A stretch of 32,000 nucleotides of DNA from Crocosphaera subtropica ATCC 51142 (GTDB lineage: Bacteria > Cyanobacteriota > Cyanobacteriia > Cyanobacteriales > Microcystaceae), in contig NC_010546.1 in NCBI RefSeq assembly GCF_000017845.1, forward strand, positions 1,110,001 through 1,142,000, in the 5' to 3' direction. Shown in pieces: positions 8,277 to 15,105 of the stretch. The position numbers and the translations under genes were made by a program. Position 1 is the stretch's first letter. Each line of letters opens with the position of its first letter. The notes beneath the pieces were generated by a model. That model saw nothing but the letters and a program-made list of their open reading frames with translations, did not search any database and was not told where the DNA came from.

Positions 8277-8342
8277 CTCAAGTTTTCTCAGTTCTACCCC
8301 GTTGTTGTCATCCCTAACGGAATCTTATAATGATGAAACAAG

Positions 8343-10916
8343 ATGGGTCAACCACTCGAAAGACTCTTACAACGTTGTGCTGTGAAAATCATTGTCCCTG
8401 GCCAAAGGGGTTGGGGAACAGGGTTTTTTGTCGCTCCTGGACAAATTTTAACTTGTTTCCATGTGATTAAAAATGCCCAAAAGGGACGGGTAACTATCAG
8501 TTGGGAAATTCAGGAAAAGGTTGCTGAAGCGACCATAGACCAATATGACGAAGGGTTAGACATTGCCCTTCTGACATTGACCCCTTGGGGTGACGACATT
8601 CCGTGTGTGGATCTCGATCGCACCTTTCAAGCAGACGATCGATTTTACATCTACGGTTATCCTGACGACTTTCCTGATGGGGCCTCGGTAACAGTCCAAT
8701 GCGAAGGCACCGCCCAAGATCAACAAACCCTAATTAAATTTAAAGCTGGACAAGTGCGGCCAGGATTAAGCGGTTCCCCAATTTTAAATCAACGCACAGG
8801 GAAAGTATGCGGTATGGTCAAATTTACCCGCGATCGCAGTTTTGATCTAGGGGGTGGGGCCATTTCGGTTGAAACCATTTTAACCACCTTTACCCACCTC
8901 ACCGAAGCACAACATCGTTATCATCAAAATAACCCTCAATGGCGATCGCTACTCCCCCAGTCTTCTAGTTCCCCTCACCTCACCCGTCAAGAATATCGTA
9001 ACCGTCAGGCCCTCATCAATAAAGTCAATTATTATTGGATAGAAGGGGTTCTCGAAACTTCCCTCCCTCATCATCAGTCCATTGCCTTAAATTTAGAAGA
9101 AAGACCCTTAGCCCTCAGTAGTCAGTCTAATCTAGTGGCTGAGTTTATTGATAACCCTGAGATCCCTTTATCTCCAGACACCACCGTTATGGATATCTTC
9201 GATCAATTGGGGGCTGGACGTACCCTTTTAATTTTAGGAGAACCCGGATCGGGGAAAACCATTACTCTGTTGCAGTTGGGCAAAGAATTAATTAGACGGG
9301 CCCAAGAAGATGCTCAACAGTTAATTCCCGTCGTCTTCAACCTCTCCTCTTGGGCCGATGAAAAATCACCCATAGATGAATGGATTATCAAAGAATTACA
9401 CAGTAACTATCAAGTCCCTGAAAAAATGGGACAAACTTGGGTACAACAAGAGCAACTGTTATTTTTATTAGATGGCCTCGATGAAATTTTCAGCAAAGAG
9501 TCCCAAGAAGCTTGCATCAAAGCCATCAACCAATTTCATCGAGACTTTGGTTCTCCAGAAATGGTGGTTTGTTGTCGAGATAACGATTATTTTGCTTTAT
9601 CTGAACGGTTAAACCTAGAAAGTGCGATTTATTTACGTTCTCTCAGTTTAGAACAAATTGACCACTATTTAAGTCGATTGGATAGTGAACTGTCGTCTCT
9701 ACGAACCATCATTAAACAGGATGCTGTCTTGCAGGAATTAGCCACATCGCCTTTAATGCTCAATATTATGGCGATCGCCTATCAAGGATTAGCCATTAAG
9801 GACGTATCAACTTCTGGTGTCATTGAAGACCAACGGCAACAAATTTTTAAGGCTTACATTCAACGAATGTTCAAGCGTCCTCGTAACAATCCCGGCAATT
9901 ATTCCCAACCAGAAACCATTAATAAATTAGCCTGGTTAGCACAACAAATGTCAAAATTTTCTCAAAGTATCTTTCTCATCGAGAGGATGCAACCTAGCTG
10001 GTTAGGTCAGAATAAACAACAATGTTTATATACAGTGGGAGTCCGTTTTGTCATCTTTTTGATCTGGAGTACAGTTCATATCAGTTTATTAGGATTTCAT
10101 CATAGTTTATTAGAAAGAATCCCCTATGATCCTACTCCCTTAGAAATGGTGAGTTATGCTTTGATTGCAGGCCCCATAGGAGCTATCCTTTATGCGTTAT
10201 TTGGTAGTTTTATTGATCAATATGTCCATCAATGGACTGGCTTAATTAACGGTTTATTTTTGGGGGTAATTTATGGATTAATTTTTGGTATTCTTTGGCA
10301 GACAATTCCTATGGGAATAGCTTATGGAGTTATCTATGGGTTAGTAGGTTGTTTAATTGATCGATCCATCAGCCACACCATAGACCCCGTAGAAACCTTT
10401 AAGTGGTCTTGGAAAAAATCAGGACTTTATTTGGCCATCGGATTAATTATTGCTATTAGTCTTTTTTTAGGAGGCACGACAGGGGGGATTCTTCAGAGTT
10501 TAATTTTTGGACTTATGTTCTGTTTTATTTTTGTTTTCACCAAAGCAGAAGATATCGATCAAACAACGATTGCTAATCAAGGAATTTGGAAATCAGCCAC
10601 TAATGCCACTAAAGTATTTTTAACCATTGGATTATTAACAACATTGCTTTTAACCCTTGTGGAGAATTTAACCTCTGGTTTAGTTAATGGTTTAATTTTA
10701 GGACTATTGGGTGCATTCTTAGGGGCGCAACTATCAGGAATAGTTTGTATTCAGCATTTTGTTTTACGGCTGATTTTATGGAAAAAAGGGAAAATTACCT
10801 GGAACTATGCTCGCTTTTTAAACTATGCTACAGCCCGCATTTTTCTGCAAAAAGTAGGCGGGGGTTATATCTTTATCCATCGGAGATTACGAGATCATTT
10901 TGCTCAACTTTCTTAA
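8343..10916 (+). CDS. Trypsin-like serine protease - NACHT (STAND) NTPase - multi-pass membrane fusion protein
   Basis: 857-aa ORF. Protease triad motifs: ILTCFHV (His40, nt 8460-8462), LDIALL (Asp73, nt 8559-8561), GLSGSPI (Ser143, nt 8769-8771). NACHT motifs: Walker A GEPGSGKT (aa 299-306, nt 9237-9260), Walker B LLFLLDGLDE (aa 372-381, nt 9456-9485), VVCCRDN, SPLMLNIMA. About 8 Gly-rich hydrophobic helices span aa 562-811 or so. The tail is ARFLNYATARIFLQKVGGGYIFIHRRLRDHFA. Confidence 0.85.
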   Translation: MGQPLERLLQRCAVKIIVPGQRGWGTGFFVAPGQILTCFHVIKNAQKGRVTISWEIQEKVAEATIDQYDEGLDIALLTLTPWGDDIPCVDLDRTFQADDRFYIYGYPDDFPDGASVTVQCEGTAQDQQTLIKFKAGQVRPGLSGSPILNQRTGKVCGMVKFTRDRSFDLGGGAISVETILTTFTHLTEAQHRYHQNNPQWRSLLPQSSSSPHLTRQEYRNRQALINKVNYYWIEGVLETSLPHHQSIALNLEERPLALSSQSNLVAEFIDNPEIPLSPDTTVMDIFDQLGAGRTLLILGEPGSGKTITLLQLGKELIRRAQEDAQQLIPVVFNLSSWADEKSPIDEWIIKELHSNYQVPEKMGQTWVQQEQLLFLLDGLDEIFSKESQEACIKAINQFHRDFGSPEMVVCCRDNDYFALSERLNLESAIYLRSLSLEQIDHYLSRLDSELSSLRTIIKQDAVLQELATSPLMLNIMAIAYQGLAIKDVSTSGVIEDQRQQIFKAYIQRMFKRPRNNPGNYSQPETINKLAWLAQQMSKFSQSIFLIERMQPSWLGQNKQQCLYTVGVRFVIFLIWSTVHISLLGFHHSLLERIPYDPTPLEMVSYALIAGPIGAILYALFGSFIDQYVHQWTGLINGLFLGVIYGLIFGILWQTIPMGIAYGVIYGLVGCLIDRSISHTIDPVETFKWSWKKSGLYLAIGLIIAISLFLGGTTGGILQSLIFGLMFCFIFVFTKAEDIDQTTIANQGIWKSATNATKVFLTIGLLTTLLLTLVENLTSGLVNGLILGLLGAFLGAQLSGIVCIQHFVLRLILWKKGKITWNYARFLNYATARIFLQKVGGGYIFIHRRLRDHFAQLS

Positions 10917-10923
10917 CTATCTA

Positions 10924-12063
10924 TCAACTATTAAAATCCATCCCTACCGCTTCTGAAATATGGGACAATTTATACTTTTCTAACTTCCTAACTAAGCCTC
11001 GATTAATGTTACTAATACACCAAGGACCCTGATAAATCCAACCAGTATATAATTGTAATAAACTTGCCCCTGACGTAATTTTCTCCCAAGCATCTTCCGC
11101 CGTAAAAATACCACCAACGCCAATAATAGGTAAGGTTCCTTGAGTTTGTTCGTAAATAAAACGAATCACTTCCGTTGACCGTTGACGAATCGGTTGTCCA
11201 CTAATTCCCCCGGCTTCTTCTTGAATAGAATTACCAGTTTTTTCAAGAATATTCGTCTTTAACCCTTCCCGTTTGATGGTGGTATTAGTGGCAATAATTC
11301 CAGCTAATTGGTAAGTTTTAGCTAACTTAATAATTAACTTAATAGACTCCCAACTTAAGTCCGGAGAAATCTTCACTAAAATCGGTTTTGTCAGGGAGTT
11401 AACCGATTGTAATTCCTGTAAAATAACATTGAGTTGTTCCCCTTCCTGTAGCGATCGCAGTCCAGGGGTATTAGGAGAACTGACATTAACCACAAAATAA
11501 TCCGCATCCTCCTCAAGATAACGAAAACTCCCCACATAATCCATTGCTGCTTGCTCTAAAGGGGTGATTTTCGACTTACATAAATTAATCCCAATCGGAA
11601 TTTGACGGGGTTGCCGTTGCCAAGTTTCTTTGAGGGTTTGGGCAACCTTCTGCGCCCCTTGATTATTGGCCCCTAAACGGTTTAAAGCAGCTTTATCCTG
11701 GGGCAAACGGAATAAACGCGGTTTTGGGTTCCCAGGTTGAGCATGAAGGGTTACAGCCCCAATTTCAGCGAATCCGAAGCCAAAATGATCCCAAATACCA
11801 GCAGCTAAACCATCTTTATCACACCCGGCAGCCAACCCCACAGGAGTTTTAAAGGTTAACCCCCATAAATTTTGCTGTAAACGGCTATCCTCAAAAGTGA
11901 AAGAATGATCTAAATTCTCTAATATCCACTTTCCCCAAACAGTGTGACGATTTTCATCCAGACGGTGAAGGGTTTTCAGTAGTTGTTGATGGGCATTTTC
12001 TGGGTTATTTTTCGCTGCTGTTAAGACAAGGGGATAAACAGGTTGGGCAAAATTAAACATCAT
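10924..12063 (-). CDS. pyrD: Dihydroorotate dehydrogenase (quinone), class 2
   Basis: 379-aa ORF. Motifs: [67 protein letters not shown]. The N-terminal extension is typical of the membrane-associated class 2 enzyme. Confidence 0.9.
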   Translation of the reverse strand: MMFNFAQPVYPLVLTAAKNNPENAHQQLLKTLHRLDENRHTVWGKWILENLDHSFTFEDSRLQQNLWGLTFKTPVGLAAGCDKDGLAAGIWDHFGFGFAEIGAVTLHAQPGNPKPRLFRLPQDKAALNRLGANNQGAQKVAQTLKETWQRQPRQIPIGINLCKSKITPLEQAAMDYVGSFRYLEEDADYFVVNVSSPNTPGLRSLQEGEQLNVILQELQSVNSLTKPILVKISPDLSWESIKLIIKLAKTYQLAGIIATNTTIKREGLKTNILEKTGNSIQEEAGGISGQPIRQRSTEVIRFIYEQTQGTLPIIGVGGIFTAEDAWEKITSGASLLQLYTGWIYQGPWCISNINRGLVRKLEKYKLSHISEAVGMDFNS

Positions 12064-12071
12064 ATCTAAGA

Positions 12072-12106
12072 GAGTTAGGAGTTAGGAGTTCGGGGTTCGG
12101 AATTTA
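12072..12106. repeat. Degenerate heptamer tandem repeat (GAGTTAG GAGTTAG GAGTTCG GGGTTCG GAATTTA), STRR-like
   Basis: Direct reading of the sequence. It lies immediately upstream of the pyrD start codon. The same heptamer family recurs in the same orientation at 17892-17926. Confidence 0.8.
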
Positions 12107-12264
12107 GGATTATAATTGATTTCAATTCCATCAATTCCTTTTCGTATCTAGTGTAGGAGAATAAACCCAGAATCAGCATAACGCTATATCCTTACAAAAA
12201 CTATTAATTAGATATTAATTTCCGACTTCTTCTAAATTTCGGATTAGCTTTTGTTCATCAATTC

Positions 12265-13392
12265 TTAAGAATCACTAATAATATTCCAATTTATCTTTTG
12301 TTTTAACTGATTAAAATGACTATAGTGGAGGACTTTTTCATATTGTAATCTACCGACAATAATTCCGGAAGCAATTTTCAAGCGATTAGCGAAGGCAGTA
12401 ATATCATATTCCCTTCCTGAAAAAGATAATAAAAATTCTTGCCATTCAGCAGGGGGAATAAGAAAATCAGCGGCAAACTGATTCGCTTCTTGTTCTTTTT
12501 TTTGTCTTTCTAATGGCTGTTCTTCAAATTCTTTTGGTTCAAAAGTTTCGATAAATATGTCACGCTTACCATGTAAAAGAATATGACCAGCTTCATGAAA
12601 AAAATTAAACCAGAAATGATCATTAGTTTTGTAACGTAAGCTGAGTTGAATTAAAGGTGTATGAGAATTTAACCAATAAGCTGCACCACCAACCCTAGTT
12701 TTTGGCAGTTGAGGAACTAAAACAAAAGTAACTCCAGTTTCAGTACATAATGATTGTATTTTGGATAGAAATATCTCAGGAGATTCTAGAGTTAATAATC
12801 TGATTTCTTGCAAAACTTCTTTAAATTGATAAGGGTCGTAATCAGCGCAGTTAATTTTAGCTGCTTCAATTTTTCCCTTCTGCAACCAAGCAATTAAAGC
12901 CCCATCGTCACTATCAAGGTTTTCAGATTTCCTAAAATCTACCGATAACCTTTTTTCCCAAACATCTCGTAAATTTTCAGGAGAAGCAACGGAAAAAAAA
13001 TCAAGAAGTTCTCGTAATTGTTCAACTTTATTATTAAAGTTCCTAATCCAGCCTAGTTTAATCATTGCTTGATAAGGGATCTTTTCTAACCATGCAACTT
13101 TTTCTTTAAGACGTTTATTTTCCTCCTGTCTGGCTAAATAATCTCGATAAAGCTGTTCTCTATTATTCCAAAAATTGGCTGGAATCTTAAGCACTAACTC
13201 CAACTGCAATGCTGTTTCTGGAGTAATAGCAGCTTTACCTTTAATAATTTCATTAATGGTTTTTTTAGGTCGTCCCATTCGTTCAGCTAGTTCCGATTGG
13301 GTCATTCCTTTTTCTTCTAGAATTTCTTCGATGGTTTCTCCAGGAGGGGAAACATAGTCAGGTTTGTATCTATTATCAATTAAATTAATCAT
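12265..13392 (-). CDS. HigA-type XRE helix-turn-helix antitoxin fused to an ImmA/IrrE-family (M78) zinc metallopeptidase domain
   Basis: The ORF track starts at TTG 13410. ATG 13392 is preferred because it overlaps the higB stop by 8 nt. Residue numbers follow the track ORF. The N-terminus PPGETIEEILEEKGMTQSELAERMGRPKKTINEIIKGKAAITPETALQLELVL...FW is HigA-like. The C-terminal part carries FFHEAGHILLH (HEXXH, aa 272-276) and EQEANQFAADFLIP, typical of ImmA/IrrE. Confidence 0.8.
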   Translation of the reverse strand: MINLIDNRYKPDYVSPPGETIEEILEEKGMTQSELAERMGRPKKTINEIIKGKAAITPETALQLELVLKIPANFWNNREQLYRDYLARQEENKRLKEKVAWLEKIPYQAMIKLGWIRNFNNKVEQLRELLDFFSVASPENLRDVWEKRLSVDFRKSENLDSDDGALIAWLQKGKIEAAKINCADYDPYQFKEVLQEIRLLTLESPEIFLSKIQSLCTETGVTFVLVPQLPKTRVGGAAYWLNSHTPLIQLSLRYKTNDHFWFNFFHEAGHILLHGKRDIFIETFEPKEFEEQPLERQKKEQEANQFAADFLIPPAEWQEFLLSFSGREYDITAFANRLKIASGIIVGRLQYEKVLHYSHFNQLKQKINWNIISDS

Positions 13393-13720
13393 GGGTATCG
13401 TCAACACCAATAATTTTAACGGCTGTTACTTGTGTCCAATCAAGTCCCCCATCGGGTTTTTTGGGGACAGGATTATTAGCAGGTTCAAAAATTAATCGAT
13501 AAGGATGGTCTAAGTCTAAAGATAATTGACCACGACGATTATGGGTTAACTCATGACAGCGTCCTGGAAGATTTCGCATATCTTCAAGGGTAGAAGCTGC
13601 GTTTAAGTCATCTAATCTTCGTCTAATGCGTTTAGCTCTGTCCTTACCTTGTTTTTTGATTAGAAGTTGTTGATTGTTGCATTGTTTTTCTAACTTGGCG
13701 TTTTCAAAGACTATATTCAT
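13385..13720 (-). CDS. higB: HigB-like toxin (plasmid maintenance system killer protein, RelE/ParE superfamily)
   Basis: 111-aa ORF. The pattern ...RIRRRLDDLNAASTLEDMRNLPGRCHELTHNRRGQLSLDLDHPYRLIFEP... matches the HigB/killer-protein family. The toxin-first order with an overlapping HTH gene downstream is the higBA arrangement. Confidence 0.7.
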   Translation of the reverse strand: MNIVFENAKLEKQCNNQQLLIKKQGKDRAKRIRRRLDDLNAASTLEDMRNLPGRCHELTHNRRGQLSLDLDHPYRLIFEPANNPVPKKPDGGLDWTQVTAVKIIGVDDTHD

Positions 13721-13742
13721 CTTACAGCATAATATTTAATTT

Positions 13743-13761
13743 ATTAACCCCAAAGGTTAAT
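13743..13761 (-). promoter_or_regulatory. Inverted repeat ATTAACC-N5-GGTTAAT 23-41 nt upstream of the higB start; candidate operator
   Basis: A perfect 7-bp inverted repeat read directly from the sequence. Its position between the likely promoter region and the higB ATG fits autoregulation by the HTH antitoxin. Confidence 0.35.
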
Positions 13762-13800
13762 ACTATTTTAGAGGATTCACACAAAAGTTGACGTAAGAAT

Positions 13801-13856
13801 ACACCATATCTAGAGATATAGTGTATTTTTAAATACATAAATACTATATATAGTGT
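13801..13856 (-). promoter_or_regulatory. 24-nt near-perfect palindrome ACACCATATCTAGAGATATAGTGT plus a third half-site TATATAGTGT; candidate operator or promoter region
   Basis: The palindrome at 13801-13824 has one mismatch between its arms. The half-site (G/T)ATATAGTGT recurs at 13847-13856. It lies 80-135 nt upstream of higB in an AT-rich intergenic region. Confidence 0.3.
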
Positions 13857-14137
13857 TTATGTAGTAAATGGATAAATGAATCAAGGGTTTAAGATTATTT
13901 TTAGATTATTTAACTAAAAATCTGATTTAATGCGATCGCTTCTTTACATAATCGTTTACTTTTGTAATGGGAAAATATGGGAATAATTTTCCAATTTCTT
14001 CAATTTTCTAAACCATTGACATTTCTTTAACCCTAAAAAAGATTAAGCGTTCTTTAAATTTTTCTTGTTTATGATTCCATTTTCAAGTATTGTCGTTATC
14101 ATTACACACATATAACCTTACTCCATAGAAAACTATC

Positions 14138-14560
14138 ATGAATACATCCATAAGAAAGCCATATAACTTATTGGCTTATGTAACAACTGCTACTTTTTTC
14201 TTAGGTATGACTCTAAGTTCCTCCGCATCAAATGCACCGTTGAGAAAGTATGAGAATATTAATCTCAAACAATTCAACGAATGTATAAAACCCCCCAGTT
14301 CCAATGGCTCAGAACAAGGTTGGGCTGATTACCAAGGCGAAAACCAAGGTAAAGTTGAGTTAAAAGTGAGAAATCAACCCATGATTTCTGATGGTACCGT
14401 TGCAGCCACCTTAAACTATAAATTTGAACCATCCGAAGAATTATTAACCTTAGAAATTAAGGAAAAAACCTCGTTTATGTTTGGCATGATTCAAGCATCC
14501 AACGAACAAATCTGGGAAGGATTCGACGGTTTAGTGAAACAATGTCGTAGCTATGGCTAA
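14138..14560 (+). CDS. Hypothetical secreted protein
   Basis: 140-aa ORF with an ATG start and a signal-peptide-like N-terminus (LLAYVTTATFFLGMTLSSSASNA). No family was recognised. Confidence 0.5.
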   Translation: MNTSIRKPYNLLAYVTTATFFLGMTLSSSASNAPLRKYENINLKQFNECIKPPSSNGSEQGWADYQGENQGKVELKVRNQPMISDGTVAATLNYKFEPSEELLTLEIKEKTSFMFGMIQASNEQIWEGFDGLVKQCRSYG

Positions 14561-14878
14561 CTAAAAAGGAAAAGACACCCTTACTCTCTCTTCAGGGGCC
14601 GGTCGTTCTTGACGAATATCAAGAGAAGGCGAACCATTCCTATCATTAATACGAATTCTGGTTTGAGGTCTTCTTTGTTCTTCGACCCCTACCGTCAAGC
14701 GGCCATTATCACCATAAACCCTCACATTGGTTCGGCTACGGCGACGACGTTCGTTAGAAAAATCGACTCGAACATCATCCCCCAGTTCGATAATTTGGGC
14801 GTTAACGGTTTTTGTCCCCAAAGAAGAAGTGATGACGACACTAAGGGTCAACATTGCAAGCATAGAAATCGATTTCAT
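14561..14878 (-). CDS. Hypothetical secreted Arg-rich protein
   Basis: ATG at 14878 with GGAG 9 nt upstream is preferred over the GTG at 14905 used by the track. The signal peptide is MKSISMLAMLTLSVVITSSLGTKTVNAQ. The mature part is Arg/Glu/Asp rich. Its stop codon abuts the stop of the convergent 14138-14560 gene. Confidence 0.5.
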   Translation of the reverse strand: MKSISMLAMLTLSVVITSSLGTKTVNAQIIELGDDVRVDFSNERRRRSRTNVRVYGDNGRLTVGVEEQRRPQTRIRINDRNGSPSLDIRQERPAPEERVRVSFPF

Positions 14879-15105
14879 GGGGCATTCTCCAAAAACAGTC
14901 AACACACGACAGACAAGGATTGTGATACCTCAGAAATATCCTACTCTTAACTTTGTGAGTATTGCTTCCCCCAGTTGCATGATTGATCTTTAAGATTTTT
15001 TACGGTTAAAACTAGCCCACGGACTCTAAACCGTGGGTTTTATTGATTTTAAGGGTGTCCAAATAAAGATAGGATAAATTTAGATGACTCAAAATAACCC
15101 AATCA

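Noticed and set aside
7952-8281. 109-aa minus-strand ORF exactly antisense to the 102-aa trypco2-like gene
   Set aside because: It is a shadow ORF. Its product is Ser/Leu/Pro-rich with no recognisable family. The plus-strand product matches a known small-protein family pattern and sits in an operon-like arrangement with the protease-NACHT gene.
12072-12106. Heptamer tandem arrays (also at 17892-17926 and 29107-29127) considered as CRISPR or minisatellite loci
   Set aside because: The units are 7 nt long with no spacers, so these are not CRISPR arrays. They are reported as STRR-like repeats only.
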